From assembly GCA_001662655.1 (NCBI GenBank), contig KV460207.1: a DNA stretch of 64,000 nt. One strand, 5' to 3'. This document shows positions 35,546 to 49,978 of the stretch, in pieces (position 1 is the first letter of the stretch; each line of letters begins with the position of its first letter). The notes beneath the pieces were generated by a model. It searched no databases. It saw only the letters and a list, made by a program, of their open reading frames with translations, and was not told the origin of the DNA. The DNA comes from Pseudogymnoascus verrucosus (taxonomy: Eukaryota). The translations under genes were made by a program, and so were the position numbers.

Positions 35546-37201
35546 TCATTCAATAACGTATGACTCTGTAATCGACTTGATCTCTTTCGAGAAAGTGACC
35601 TCCTCATCCATCTCGACCAGCGACACAGCAGTGACCTTATAAAGTGTAAGTAAATGAAGATATCCGGATATGGGGAAGGGAACTTACGTCAACATCGATA
35701 TATGGTGTCGTCTTGGAGAACTTGATGTGCATTGGGAAAAATTCATTCTCGTCGTGAGCTTGAGCTTCGAATTCGAAAGAGCCGCTTCCATTGTCGTCGT
35801 CAACCATTCCAATAGTCCATTCTAAGCTATCACCCGATACTTCGTATGTGGCGTCAAAGCTGGCAACCACGGGCTCGCTGGTGGCAAACGGGATGATGAC
35901 ACTGACGTCCTTTAATGCATCACCTCCGGTAAGTTCGTACTCCACGGTAACGGTATAATTGCTGTCCGAGCCCTTGTTCACCCACACGGTGAAGGTAATG
36001 GGGATGGCGCTGCTATCATCAGCCTTTGGTGTAGCTCTCCACCTCAGCACGCCGACAGAGTTATTAACAGGGAATCCCTTCGAAGCGTTGCTCATCTGGA
36101 TAGCCTTTGAGCTGTTGAAAAGGGGTCGGTCCACATTAGGATGGGTCTTGAATTGAGCGCCATGGCTTGCATTTGCGGTCAAGTCGAGCTTCACCTTGGT
36201 GAATGACTCGTCGGATATTCTTAGTTGAAGGTCACCCTTGACCTCTATCGACGTTACGGAGCCTTCTCTCGTCAACTTGGCGTTGATGGTCTCGGCGATT
36301 GTGACGTGGATAGCATCCCTGTCCAGGCCGGACTGCAAGCTGCTGGTGCGTGCGTGTCCAGCTGGCGCAGTTGGGGTCTGGACAGGAACCAAAGGAGAGG
36401 TGTCCTCAGCCTCGACTCCCATCTCACCACGGACGCGCTCAAACATATCTGTAGTCTTCGACTTCTTCCCCAGCTGCATGCCCTTGCCCTTTGGTGCAGC
36501 AGCCTTGTATGTTTTATTCTTCTCTGCCTCATAGGAGTCGTAGGTTTCGGTAGTAGGCGTCCGCGCAGCTGGAGTGTATGTAGGGTAGTTGGGAGCCCGT
36601 GGTGGGGCGTTTCGGCCGGATCTCGAGACCTCCTTTCGTTGCATCTCCAATTGCTTTGCCTTCCTCTTGCGCTCCTCCGTGGCCTCGAGTTCCTTGTTGC
36701 GGGAGATGATCTCCTGGATGCGCTCCTCGTGACTCTCCATGTCCAAGAATGTCTTGATCTGGCTGATCGAGAGGTTCTCGCGGTATCCCAGTGTGACGAT
36801 CTCGTCAAAGGCGCTCAGCAGCTCGTAAGCGTTCCTCAAGATCTCACGCTCATCCAAGCTCCTGCATATGCTGGTGACAACTTGCGCGAAGAGATGGAGA
36901 GAGTCGATGTCCTGGAGGATGTTGGATTGGCGGTTGGTGATGAGCACCATGTAGAGCTCGTCGAGAGGCTGGTAAACGAAGCGCACATTGTCCTGCTCTA
37001 CTGTCGTATGCTGGGTTCCTCTATCCGCCAGCTTTGGGAATCCCGCAAGCAGGGCTTCCACTCTTGAGCGCTGCATCTCACGGAACTGACGTGAGACAAT
37101 CGCCTTCCCCCCGCGGGTGCAGATTGACGCTGCGAGAACGACCTGCCATCGATAGTTAGAGGGTTTGCTCCAAAGAAAACATAGGCAGATACACTGACCA
37201 T
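35546..37201 (-). CDS. RET2: Coatomer subunit delta (delta-COP)
   Basis: M-VVLAASICTRGGKAIVSRQF, QHTTVEQDNVRFVYQPLDELY, MESHEERIQEII, and a mu-homology domain (QFKTHPNVD). Introns 37198-37143 and 35687-35636. Confidence 0.96.
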
Positions 37202-37901
37202 CTTGATTAGTCTGTAAACAAGGCTTATGAAAAGGCAGTTGTCCTGGTGTTTGTCATGTCCTAATTCACAGGAGCACCTCGCATTTGTGGACACGGTCGG
37301 TGGGAGCTCAGTTGCAGGGGGTTAATCCGACCCGCAACACGTGATTCTGAGGTGGCCTAAACACGTCCACCAACCTTTCAATTAACCACGCCCAGAGAGC
37401 TCCAGAACGCCACAAATTCACTCAAGAAGACAGCTTCTCTTCTTCTCCATCTGGGAATATACACGTTTCTATAATACTATTCCAGATTGATGAATGAGAA
37501 TCGTCTTCTATTACACGAACACCGCCAACTACTGTCGCCCTCTGAAGGTTCTTTGTTCTAGAATTATTATATCTCGAACTTCGCCCTTCACCCTTCGCCA
37601 GCCACCTCTCGCCACCATCAACCTGCAAGGTGAACGTGACAGCTTTTCTGGTGAATTCTGGTGAATAGTGCCTGAAGCATCTTGTTCACCGTGTGACTAC
37701 GAGACCGACCTACCAACATCATACCACCGGAGGCGAAGTTTGATTATTACCAATGAGCCACATCCAAACCGAAAGCCCATTTACGCCTCTCAAGATAGCT
37801 TAAGCATCTAAAACAAGGATATATAGAACTCTGTGGTGCTGCCGTATTTCGATACACTCTGATACAGATAACACGGCTGCCCCAGGCCCGGTGCGTTCGA
37901 A

Positions 37902-40431
37902 ATGGTCGTCGACGAAATGGAGATCTCCTACGACGGGCAGGATGTCGACGATGATATCGATATCAACATAGACATCGAGCCCGGAAATCACGATGAGGAC
38001 TTCATCATTGAAGACGCCAGATCAGAAGCAGGCACAAACAACGATGATGTGATGCTTGATGAAGATAATGCATCCTATAACATGGAAGATGCTGATTATG
38101 TGCCCGAAGAGGAGCTCCAGGATGTCATTGACACGGAGACGATTGAGGTTTCCGAACAGGAAATGCTGAGGCCCCACGATACTGAGGAACATACCTTTCC
38201 CTCCAACGCCGCCCCGAGCCCACTCCAGAGTGAGGACCGTTACACAGATATTAAGCCTGCGGATGACACGATAAGTTTCGCAGATGCTGTTCAAGCTGAA
38301 GAACTCCAACCTGAAGAAGTTTCTAAAATAGTTGAAGAATTTGCAGCACAACCGACACCGTCTCCCACCATTCATAAGGAATCACCACCCGTATCAAATG
38401 AGAAACCACAGGAAGTGGAAAATATAAACCCACCAAGCCCACCCCAAGTCCCGGAAGAACAGGAGCAAGAACAAGAAAATGGCGAAGCATCCAACGTTGA
38501 TGAGAATGGACAGAAGGTGAATGTTGAACAAGATTTGATATCTGAGGAGCGTAATATCACCGTGGGCTATCAAGGTTCTGAATACGCGCTGGTGGCATCG
38601 TCTGAGTCCGATGACCCAGATTCCTACTTCTTGAAAGATTCATCTGTGCTGAAGGAACCACTATCTGCCCTTTTTGCTGTCCTGCGAGACATCCTCCATG
38701 ACGAAATTCCTGCTGGTGATGAACTAGTGTTCACAATCGATGATTTGGGATTGGAAACCTGTGAAGTAAGTAATCCGCCCGAATATCTGCGGCTATGTAC
38801 TGACCGTTTCTAGACTTCTACTGCTAATAGCGAAATATCGTTTTCTCAAATCGCGGATCTTCACACCACCCTTGTTCGCAACGATGGCGCGGACATTTTG
38901 CCATCGCTCTTCGTGACTCTAGCAACTAAATCTGAGTTTGGTCGATTTTTTGCAAATTTAGCTGAGGATGCGCGGCAAGGTAAAGGACTACAGGAGGTAG
39001 CTAAGTCTTGGAACGAGGATAACGGACTGGAGCTTTGGGGAGAGTCAGAGGCATACGATATTAATGGCGTTGACGCCGACGGAAGTGAACACCTGGAAAA
39101 TTTTGAACTGGGAGAAGATTGGACAGAAGTTGGTTCTGTCCAAGATATTTCTCCAGGATCCCCTGCCCTGGAGGCACCGACAGAAGAAGAAAAACCTACG
39201 ACTTCAGATGTAGCTGAACCTGACACAACCGAAGTTCCTACCGTGGTGGAGGAAAATGAGCCAAGTGAGCCAACGAACGAGAAGCATGATGCGGAATTGA
39301 CCAAACCCGAAGCAAATGGCAACCATGAAGAAGAGGAAGGAGGTGGTGATCTTATTGACTACGACGACGAAGATTACGCGCAGGGCGGGAATGTAGTCGA
39401 AACTGCCCCAAAGCAGGAGCAGACCGACTACGAACAACCTGGTATGTCTGAATTTATTTCTACCTTCACTTCCACACCCTCTGATGTTCATCTTCTAACT
39501 GTGACTAGCCCCTGCAGCGGAACACCAAGTTGCCGATGAAATTCCCGATAAGAGCCGGCGTTCGAGCTCGCAAACAATTGATGGAGCAAATGAAACTGAT
39601 GCTACTGCACAACCGAGTATAGATGTCCCTGGAGGTGTGAATGGGGCTGTAGATTCCACAAATGATGTTGCCTCTACTAATGAGAATATTGGCCAAGAAG
39701 CCGAAGTGGGCGAAGATCTTGAAGCTGCTGCTGGTGATGAATATGACCATCAAGCTGAAGTAGACGAAAGTTTTGAAGCTGGTGTTGATGAGAATGAGAA
39801 TCAAGCCGAAGCTGGCGAAACCTTTGAAACTGGTGCTGAGGAGAGTGAGCATCAAGTTGAAGTGGGCGAAGATTTTGAAGCCGGCGCTGATGAACATGAG
39901 CATCAAGACAATGGAGAATACGAGAGAGAAGTCCCATATGAAGACGAGGTGGATGCATCTTACTACGTTGAAAATGAAGATGGCCATGTTCAAGAGACAA
40001 ATGGCGAAACAGAACATGGCGAAGAATCAGGCCATATTAACATTGATACCGAGGCGACAGCTTCTGACACCCAGAATAATAAAAACGCGGAGAATGAAGG
40101 GGGTGAAATAAGTTACGAAGACGACGATGTTGATGGGTCGTTGTCTGCTCTCGTTGAGAACGACGAGGCAGATGATAAACCTGCGGTAACAGGCTCCAAC
40201 CAGAACCATAAAGAGGAGACGGATGAGATCGATTATGAAGATGACGACGAGGTTAGCCTGTTTGTAGGCTCAGGACCCACGACACCTGCGAAATCACTGG
40301 TACCAGGGAAGAGGTCACATGAGGAGGATGGGGAGGCGAATGGTATTGACGGTCAAGGTAGGATTTACAGCCCACTTCGAATAGAACAACCTGCTAACCT
40401 CAGAACAGAAGCAAAGCGTCCCCGTTCATGA
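37902..40431 (+). CDS. Highly acidic protein with a central DUF2420/Rmr1-like domain
   Basis: Three D/E-rich ORFs joined by GT-AG introns (~38766-38813, ~39442-39508, ~40358-40409). Globular block ITVGYQGSEYALV...DPDSYFL...ELVFTIDDLGLE. Basic C-terminal KRPRS. Domain identity is from memory. Confidence 0.75.
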
Positions 40432-41868
40432 TCGGAGATGCTTGTTTATACGTCAATGATGTGCTTACGCATGACTATCAACGTCCTCATCCTAACTTGT
40501 TTGCCTTGAGAACTGGCCATTACATTTCCCCGAAGAGGAGCTCGAGCACTCTGGAAGTGCACGTCAGTAACCAACACCGCCATTATGATCTGCTGCTCTA
40601 GCACAGAACATCGACATATCTGACATCGACGAGGTTATGGATGGAAAATGCGAGTTGATCGCTAATTCGCATAGGTATGTTACTCATCACACTGACACTG
40701 CACCCCTTTACCCCCTGCTTTCCCATTAATCATTCAATACCCCTTCTTCGTTTGTATCAAAATCTTGTAATATCTATAAGGCCTCCACTTTTCGCCACTG
40801 CGAAAAGCTCTAAGCAAGTGCGAGAGCATTTTTTGGTCTTTTCTGCGTTTTCTTGCTTCTTCATTTGCATTGCACGGCTTCAAAATGGGTTTCTCGGATG
40901 GGCGGATGGAGTTGGGAATGGGATGGAGCATACAAACTTCTTCTCTCGGAAATAAGATCGATGAGGAAAGAGAGATCCTGGCCACTTCCATATGTATCGT
41001 ATTGGCGGGCCGTGGTGGAGTGGATCGCATGCGCGTCCTCGAGCGCTGGGGAGGAATTTGCCCTATCGGTATTGAAATGTGGGGACGATGGAGGCTGTGT
41101 TTGGACTACAAAGTTTAGCTTCACGTGAATTGCGATTCATACCACAATTACGGAATGTTAATCCCCATACACTGAAGGCGAGGCCATGGAGCCCAAATAT
41201 TTAATTGCTGCTAAAGACCGAATGCTATACAACAGTGATATCTACTGTAAATTACCGTTGTAGTAGCATACGTAATATACTAATCCACGAACTTATTGAA
41301 TAGATCTTCGTACGTACTGTAAATCAAATTGACGCTAATCGTACGAGTATAAATGAGCGTAAGGGGCCTGGAGTGCAGGGGCCATGTTTCAACTCGCTTA
41401 ACCGCGATGTTCCTGGTGTCCTTGTGAGAACGGCAAGAAGCCAGAATTCTTGTCTGGACTGACCCCTCATACATAACTTCGACTATCAACCAACTTTGCC
41501 ACGAGTAATACCGTCGCGGGAACAGCTTCGACGCCCAGCGATAATTCCAGCCATCGCGGACCCGAAATCTCTTAATACCATCCCGGACGCGCAAGTTCTC
41601 GAGGCCCCTGCTCGGCAAGAAGGCCTCGACTGAATCGCAAGGGGACAACAAACCCTCCGCATGGAGAGTCGCATACCGAACACCATCATCGACACGCTCC
41701 TGCGAGGCCTACCTTAACGTCGAGCTGTCTGCAGACGCTCCTGCTCGAACACTGGGCTCTATTGCTCCGTCCCCCGGCAACCGTTGAAGCAGCTTCCTAA
41801 GACTCGAGCGCAAGCTCACACACGTTACACACCCATCCCACGTGTCGCCGTAGCGACCTGCCTCCAAG

Positions 41869-43489
41869 ATGATAGAGGACAAGTACGTCAACTGGAATTC
41901 GAGCACCGGCGTCTTGCGCTGGCGCGTTGTGGGGGAATTCGAGGCTGATTGTCATGGTGTAGATATATCGGATTGGCTTTGGCCGTCGCGTCCACATTGA
42001 TGATAGGTGAGCGATGCGTATACATCATGATGGCAACGTAGCTAATCGGGGTTTTTTAGGCACGAGTTTCGTTATTACGAAAATGGTACGCCACGCTCCC
42101 GACGAACTTGTTACCGAGGCAAGTCCACATTACGATCCGAATACTGACACTACCTAGGGTTTGATGCACGCAGAAGAGCATCTTGGGTTTGAAGGAGAAG
42201 GATTCACATACCTCAAGAGTCCAATATGGTGGGCTGGCATAATTACAAGTATGACCTTTTGCTCCACTGAGTTTTTCCATTTCTGACGTGTCTAGTGATT
42301 CTTGGGGAGATCGCCAATTTTGCAGCATACGCATTCGCGCCAGCCATTTTAGTCACTCCATTAGGAGCATTGAGCGTTTTAATTGGCGCCGTTCTCGGGT
42401 CATACTTCCTTAGGGAAGAGCTTGGAACACTGGGAAAATTGGGTTGTGCGATTTGTCTCATCGGATCAGTTATCATTGTGCTTCACGCGCCTCCGGATGC
42501 TGAAATTGAGACTGTCGACGAGATTCTGCACTATGCGATTCAACCAGGTGAGTCTCTTTTCCGGCACTCGTTGCTTCACTCCTAACCCTTCCATCAGGAT
42601 TCATGCTTTACTGCCTGATTGTCGGCGTCTTCACCGCTGTCATGATCTACAAGGTTGCGCCAAGATACGGGCGCAAGAACCCGCTGGTGTTTATCTCCAT
42701 TTGCTCTACCGTCGGATCCATTTCGGTGATGTCGGTGAAGGCATTCGGCATTGCATTGAAGTTGACTTTTGCGGGCAAAAATCAATTTTCGCACCCATCG
42801 ACATACGTCTTCATGATTGTCACTGCAGTTTGCATTCTGACACAGATGAACTACTTCAACAAGGCTCTAAGCCAATTCCCAACTTCCATGTAAGTCCAGA
42901 ACCCAATGCCCCTATCCGATTACTTACTCATACGGTTTATAGTGTCAACCCGGTGTACTATGTTACATTCACCACGGCTACACTATGTGCCTCATTCATC
43001 CTATTCGGAGGCTTCAACACGACTAATGCGGTCAACACGATCTCTCTTCTCTGCGGCTTCCTAACCATCTTCACTGGTGTATACTTGCTGAACCTGTCAA
43101 GAGATGACCCAAATGGTCACAGGATGCTGAGTGGGCAAGGAACCGATGGCATCGCTACAGACATGATCTCCAGCATTCAGACAAGGCGAAGCATGCAAGC
43201 GCGAAGGAGCGTTGGTGACCCTGCCAGACACAGCATTGGCAGCGGCTACGGTCGAAGTGACCGAGACGGGCTTATTCGCTCGTATGATGACGAGGAGAAT
43301 GTGGGCCTGAACGACTTGACCGAGGAGAGCGAGAATGATGCCCCCCTACGACTCAATGGAAAATCCAAGGCGAAGGCCAATGGCAATTTCATCAAGCCGA
43401 TCGATGTATCTCGAAATAGCTCACGCTCGTCGAGAGGTGGTGGCCCGCGGTCGCCAATGCGATCACCGATGCGCTCGCCGAGGCTGTAA
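41869..43489 (+). CDS. NIPA-family (DUF803) magnesium transporter
   Basis: Spliced MIEDKYIGLALAV...GTSFVITK...YLKSPIWWAG...GEIANFAAYAFAPAILVTPLGALSVLIGAVL, ISICSTVGSISVMSVKAFGIALK and VNPVYYVTFTT. Several short 5' exons. Confidence 0.93.
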
Positions 43490-43973
43490 GGGAGGGAATT
43501 TACGACGCATATGTCCGGGTTCATATTGTATATGGCCTTTGGGTGGTGGAATCTGGAACGGCCTTGGTTACCGGGAACAGGGAATGTATTGGTATGGTAG
43601 TAAGGAGGATAGGCCTCCACGTGAGTATTTCCGTATATATATCGAGACGATGCATGAGGCTATGGCGTTAGGGGGTGCTACTGTTACTACACAGCTCGCA
43701 TTTTGGGTTAAATGTACTTATACATCAGTTATATGGCATAAGCGTACAACGATGATCAAATTTCTAAAATCTAGGCCTGGTGATAGCACTGCACATAAAA
43801 AGCAAGACAAAAAAGGTTCTAGTCTGTGGAAACTTCACATATTCATTGGCACGTCATAATCTTTTGTTTGTGAACCCGTTCAATTATTGTAACGGTACAA
43901 GCCTCCGGCAGGATATACCGTAAAGCTCGAATGCAAATGACCCACACGCCCGTCGATATCAGACACCAATGAC

Positions 43974-44857
43974 CTATTGCTCCTCAGTGGCAGCAGCCTC
44001 ACCCTCACCCTGCTCGGTAGCACGCTGAGCCTCAGCGGCGGCCTGAGCAGCCTGGGCCTTTGCACCGTAATCCTGGGACATTGGCTGGACGACTGGGTCC
44101 TCGTTCTTTGGCTCGATAATGGTGACGGAGTCGGGGAGGGACTTGGTTGGTCCGGACTTTCCTTCAGGGTCAGATCCACGCATGATCTTGACCTTGATAC
44201 CGAGGACACCCTGGCGGAGGAGAACGTGGCGGGTAGCGGAGTCGATGAAGTCCTTGGCTGGCTGACCGGAGTGGATCATGAATCCGTCGGTGAACTTCAT
44301 GGACTTGGCACGAGCGGCGCGCAGCTTACCGGAAACGACAACCTCGCAACCCTTGGCGCCAGACTCCATGATGAAGCGGAGGACACCATAGCAGGCACGA
44401 CGGACGGCGAGACCGTTGAGGAGCTTGTAGCGGAGGGACTCGCACTGGGCGACGGCGGAGAGACCACGGTTCTGGACCTTGGCGGCGTAGAGGGAGACGG
44501 AGTTCTCTGGGAACTTGAAGCGCTTCTGGATCAGGGATGTGAGCTCGCGGATGCGACGTCCCTGCTCTCCGAGGACTTCTTGGGTGTGAGTTGCGCGGAT
44601 GATGATGTCGGTGACGGTGGGGGTGACGCGGACTTCGACACCGGAGTATCCCTCCTCAGCAAGCTCGCGTTGGAAGAACTCGTTCAGCTCGGCGTAGAAG
44701 ACACCATCGGCGATGAACTTCCTCCTCTTGGAGCTGTAGAAGAAATCTGTTAGCGATCATGATTCCATTGCGCACTTCCGACTTTTTATAATATTTTTTT
44801 CTCCAGCTGGGTGACGGGGAATGCATACATAGCGGCACCTGGGACACCGGAAGCCAT
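43974..44857 (-). CDS. RPS3: 40S ribosomal protein S3 (uS3)
   Basis: [30 protein letters not shown]...[26 protein letters not shown]...[12 protein letters not shown]. Intron 44828-44734. Confidence 0.98.
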
Positions 44858-44997
44858 GATTGTGGTTTGTGAGAGTGAATTGAACCTGTGTGTGAGGTTC
44901 AAAACTTGCTGGTCGTCGATGGTCGTGGGGTGGAAATGGAGTCGGCGCGGCGATAGGAACACCTCGTTCAACTTTCGCGATTGACCGGTTGGGACAT

Positions 44998-45005
44998 TTA
45001 GGGCT
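44998..45005 (-). promoter_or_regulatory. AGCCCTAA motif upstream of RPS3 (resembles the filamentous-fungal ribosomal-protein promoter element)
   Basis: TTAGGGCT on + (AGCCCTAA on the RPS3 strand), about 140 nt upstream of the ATG. Confidence 0.5.
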
Positions 45006-45435
45006 ACGCATCCCCTGTAACCCTTATTCTCTGCCGAGAATTCGCCGTGGGCGATAAGTGATAAGCCTCATTGTTGACCAAAAACACGCTAAGATAAGAA
45101 TACACTAGCGCGGGCGAGCCTTGTGGTAACCTCGCCGGATACAAGGACGATGGGGGGCAGGAGCAATGGTCGCTGACTGAGGGGCATATCAAAATACAAC
45201 AACCCAACTCGGGCTCTTCCTGTTCTCCCTCCTGAACACTATTCTTTCGTTGGGCCTCAATCTCGAGGACTCTGTATCAATACTTTTTATTACTTTCGCT
45301 CTGTTAATACAAGCTTGCCAAGCAAGTGTTATGTCTTCTTGATTCCAAGGCGACGACAATCCTTCAGGCCCAACTGCGCAACAGTTCTCAGATCCGGCCC
45401 CTTTCCTCCGATCAACAATAGCAATCATTTCTATC

Positions 45436-47787
45436 ATGGAGAAAATTAAAATCCCCAAGGTTAGTACTCTGTCAGAGCCGTAATACGACTTTGAGACTAA
45501 ATTTGAACTACAGGTTGAGGGGGTTCAGGCGCTCAGCAACGGCGGGCAGCAATTCAAAGGCACACTTCATTTGACGAACCACCACCTCATATACTCTTGC
45601 AAACGGATAAATCTGAAAGAGGGGAACCCTCTGGCACAAAAGACGAGCGAGTTTTGGATTACATATCACATTATTTCACGCTGCACCTTCCGTCCAACCG
45701 CTCCCGGCTCCGCCATTCCCTCCAACATTCGCATACGGGGCCGAGACTTTAGTTCCATTACTTTCAACTTCAATGATCCCGCCCAGGCTAAGGACGTCTT
45801 TGAAACCATTAAAGGTTTGACTTGTCGCCTAAAGAGGATCAACAAACTTTATGCCTACCGTTACAAGGGCAACCCAAGAGAAGACCCGATCAAGGGGTGG
45901 GAGATATATGATGCGAGGGCGGAGTGGAAGAGACAAGGGATCAGCGAGAAAGGCATCGATCGGGGTTGGAGGATCTCGACCATAAATTCAGACTATGTGT
46001 TTTCACCGACATACCCGGCTTTACTTGTGGTGCCTACCAGCATATCAGACAATGTTCTCAACTACGCTGCGAAATTCCGCTCAAAAGCACGCATACCAGC
46101 CTTAACATACCTACACCCAGTTAATAACTGCTCCATTACACGGAGCGCACAGCCAGGCGTTGGCATTCGCTCAGCCCGAAGCGTTCAGGATGAGAGGCTT
46201 GTTGGCGCCTGTTTTTCAGCCTCTGATAACCTTTCAGCTGGCTCGACACCGGAGAACCGGTCTAGCCCAACTGCGAGCCAACTCGACATTGTTGAAATAA
46301 CCCCCGAAGATGCCAACATGGCTGAGACAGATATAGAGAAGTTGGAAGACATGATGATTGCTACCGCAGACGACGACGGAGATCAGCCGCGTATCTACGG
46401 CGCGCAGCGCCGCAACCTCATTGTTGACGCACGTCCGACAGTGAATGCTTTAGCCCAGCATGCCGCAGGGTTTGGCTCTGAAAATATGGACAATTATAAG
46501 TTTGCGGCGAAGGCGTATCTTGGAATTGACAACATCCACGTTATGCGGAATTCGTTACGGAAAGTTGTAGAAGCTCTTAAAGATGGCGACCTGACACCAT
46601 TGCCACCGAATCGCGAGCTCCTTGCGAAGAGTAACTGGCTCAAGCACATTGCCAACATATTGGACGGCTCTGCACTCATTGCTAGACAGGTCGGCATCCA
46701 CCACTCACACGTCTTGATTCACTGTTCCGATGGATGGGATAGAACCAGCCAACTTAGCGCCTTGTCGCAAATAATGCTGGATCCATACTATCGCACTTTA
46801 GATGGTTTTATAGTATTGATAGAGAAGGACTGGCTGGCGTTTGGTCATATGTTTCAACATAGAAATGGATATCTCAACTCCGAGAAGTGGTTTACGACCG
46901 AATACGATGGTCTTGCAGGCTCTTCTGTCCAACCAGGATTGAATGAAACGCCTCGGAATGAGACAATTGAGAATGCCCTGGCGAAAACCAAGAGGTTTTT
47001 CACGAAGAGAACCCCCACCGATGAGGTTGATTCGGATGGTGAGCCAATATATGAAGAGACGCCTGGTTTGTTCCGTGCGCCCGCGAAAGGTACCCCTGAG
47101 GAAGAGGAGGCAACTAAAGAGAACGAAACGAGTCCTGTATTTCATCAGTTTCTTGATGCAGTGTACCAACTTTTAAGGCAACATCCGAAGCGCTTTGAGT
47201 TCAACCAGCACTTCCTGAGACGTCTCCTCTACCATACATACTCTTGCCAGTACGGTACATTTTTGCACAACAATGAAAAGGCCCGCCTGGATGCGCAAGT
47301 CTCTAAACTGACCAGAAGTGTATGGGACTACATCCTAGCGGACCGTGCCAAATTTTTAAATCCTGATTGGGACGGCGGCGTGCTGGACGACCATGTCAGG
47401 GGTAAAGAGCGTTTGTTATTTCCTCGTCTTGAGGAGGTGAAATGGTGGTTCGAGCTTTTTGGTAAAACAGACGAAGAGATGAATGGGCCAAGCATCCCCC
47501 CTGTAGAGCAATTTCACCAGAAATCTACATCTCGAGACGCCAGTACGGGAGTCTTGACCGAGGTTGAGACGGCGAATTCAGACGTGGTTAGTGGCGATCT
47601 GAAACCGGACACTGCCGTTAATTCGAGTCCGAGGCAGCTCAATAGCGGCAACGCAGTTGGACTTTCCGGCCTTCGAAGCTCGTTATCAAACCTAAGCATT
47701 GGGGGTATAGCGCAATCACAAGGTGGATTAGGATCGAGAATCCCTGCTTCACGGAACCAAGAGGAATCGGATGTTGAGATGCAATGA
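45436..47787 (+). CDS. YMR1: Myotubularin-family phosphoinositide 3-phosphatase
   Basis: Catalytic VLIHCSDGWDRTSQL, plus FSPTYPALLVVP, GIDNIHVMRNSL, LIEKDWLAFGHMF and SPVFHQFLD. First exon MEKIKIPK, then intron ~45460-45513. Confidence 0.95.
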
Positions 47788-48044
47788 AATAACGGTATTG
47801 ATAATTGGGCACATATGAAAACTGGGTTAGACGTAGATAGTCTGGACAGCGATTAAGGAGTTACGCAGCGAATTGGGTTTTAAAAACGCGTTGTAAGACG
47901 ACATGTCAGTTAGTCAAAGCGTTGATCATGCACATTATCATAACTTCAGGTCTAGCTTGCTATGAGTGATACTACATGCGATGCTTTTGGAGCTTGAGAG
48001 CTCTGATCCATATATCTCCGTGTGCACATTATTTTTCGTTTTGA

Positions 48045-49978
48045 TCATAAGAACACCTCCAAGTTGATCTCTAGCGTGCTAACCGGATATCTGAAAAATA
48101 GTTAGTGGCAAATTGGGACTGAAAGGCGTCTTTAGAAACTTACCTCAGCTCGAACTTCTCAAGCACGGTAGGATGCAGGATTCCGAACTCTCCAACCCTC
48201 GCCTCCTTCCCATCTATCCGGAGCCAGATGGCGGCTGCGTGGCCAGCGAAGAAGGTCTCCTCGTTGATCTCCTCGATCCAATATCCGTTCTGCTTTGTCG
48301 GGTTCTCAGAAACATTGTAATCCAAGCTCTTGCTCGTCACATCCGCTGCAATCAGGAAATCCTGCTTCAGCATCAACAGAACGCGATCAAGCAGACCGTG
48401 GACCATCTCGAAGCCGCTGGTCTTTCCGTACCACGCAGCAGCAAAGTGACGCTCGTTGCGGGCCTTGCGCTCGAGAGTCTCATCCTTGAAAGCCACATCT
48501 GAGACCTCGAAGACCTTGATCGGCAGACTGTGCTTCTTGTTCTCGCGGATGGTCTTCAGGAGACCGGGGAGGAGCGAGGTGCGCACGATTTGGTACTCTG
48601 CGGTCTTGGGGTTGGCGAGCGTGATGGCCGTGTTGTTGTCCTTGCGGTTGAGCCAGCTGAAGTTCTCGTCGCGAGCGCACAGGATCAGTGGCATGACTTC
48701 GGTCCAGCCGGCCATGGCGGACTCGAGACGGACGATGTCGCCGAGCTTGTTGATGGGCAGGGGTTTGGCGATGGTGGCGGACTTGTTGGGGTTGCTCCTT
48801 GGGAGTCTGTTGAAGCCGTAGGCGACGGCAACATCTTCCATGATATCGCATTGGTGCAGGACGTCAGCACGGGTTTGCGGGATGGAGACGTCGAGGATGT
48901 TCTTGTCGGTCGAGGAAGGGGTGGCCTTGTAGCACATCTTGGTGAGGAGCTCACAGAGGCGTTCAGGGGTTTCTGAGAGACCACAGCAGTTGTTGATATA
49001 GTCGACCTCTGCTTCAAAGCGGCGGTAGGTAAGATCTGGGGTGATCCTGGTCTCACCATTGTGCTCTGAAATAACCTTGACTGGCTCGATTGTGAAAGGC
49101 TCCGCACAGTACTGCGAGAACATCGAGACCACAATGTTGTTTACAATCTCGACCTTGGTCTTGTCTGTTGCTGTGCACTCGATGAAGACATTCCTCGATT
49201 TCAGTGTGATTTTGGAGTGCTCTCCGTTGATGATGGGAGGTAACGAGCAGACGGTCCTCTTCGAGTCGTAGACAACAGGGTATACTGGCTTGTCACGGAT
49301 GATGTGGAGGAACTTGCCAAGGTGCTTGTCAGTCTCGTAGAACTGCATAAGCTCCTCGCCGTTCAGCTTCTTGGTTTGGTTCAGAGGGATGAAGCTGATA
49401 TCCTTTGGTGGCAGCGCCTCGTATGTGAAGGGTCCCTGGAGCGTATCGAGATCGTGAGTGCCGATGGATGCCAGAGTCCGGTTACGGGCCAAGTTGGCAT
49501 GCAGCTTATCTTGAAGTGCAATGAAAGAGTCGTAGCTTGCTTGTGTGAAGGTGACATTCCTCAAGATGGCTGCTGAGACATATGGGCGCACTTCTGCGGT
49601 CTCCTTCGACACTGTGAGGGTTTGTAACTCTCCGCTCGCCGGAGTCACCAGCTTGTAGTTTGGCAATGGGAATTTCCCGAGGAAGATCTGCAGCATGAGG
49701 GCAATCCCCTCGAAACACAGCATATCATAGCGATTTGCGGGGATCTCGATTTTAAGTTGTGGTGCCTCCTCCTTGCCGTTAACGATCGGCCGTGGGCTAT
49801 TCGAGGTATCCTCGTCAAGTTCGATTCCAAACTCGAAGCATAACTCTTCGAATTCATCGGTGGTGTATCTATGAGAGTAGTAGTTAGTAAAGTTTTTCTT
49901 GGGTTATCCCACAAGGACCCCTCACTCTCGGCCAAGAGCCTTGAACAACTCCGCTTTGTCAACGCTGATGGTAGGCAT
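48045..49978 (-). CDS. FRS1: Cytoplasmic phenylalanyl-tRNA synthetase beta subunit
   Basis: MPTISVDK...[11 protein letters not shown]...[38 protein letters not shown] and [11 protein letters not shown]. Exons 49978-49926, 49868-48144 and 48090-48045. Confidence 0.96.

Noticed and set aside
40455..40625. Possible C/D-box snoRNA (ATGATG...CTGA) after the acidic-protein gene
   Set aside because: Imperfect C box, no terminal stem or recognisable rRNA guide; most likely 3' UTR.
43977..44753. 258-aa ORF antisense to RPS3, and similar antisense ORFs over delta-COP, PheRS and TPD3
   Set aside because: Shadow ORFs caused by codon bias of the real genes.
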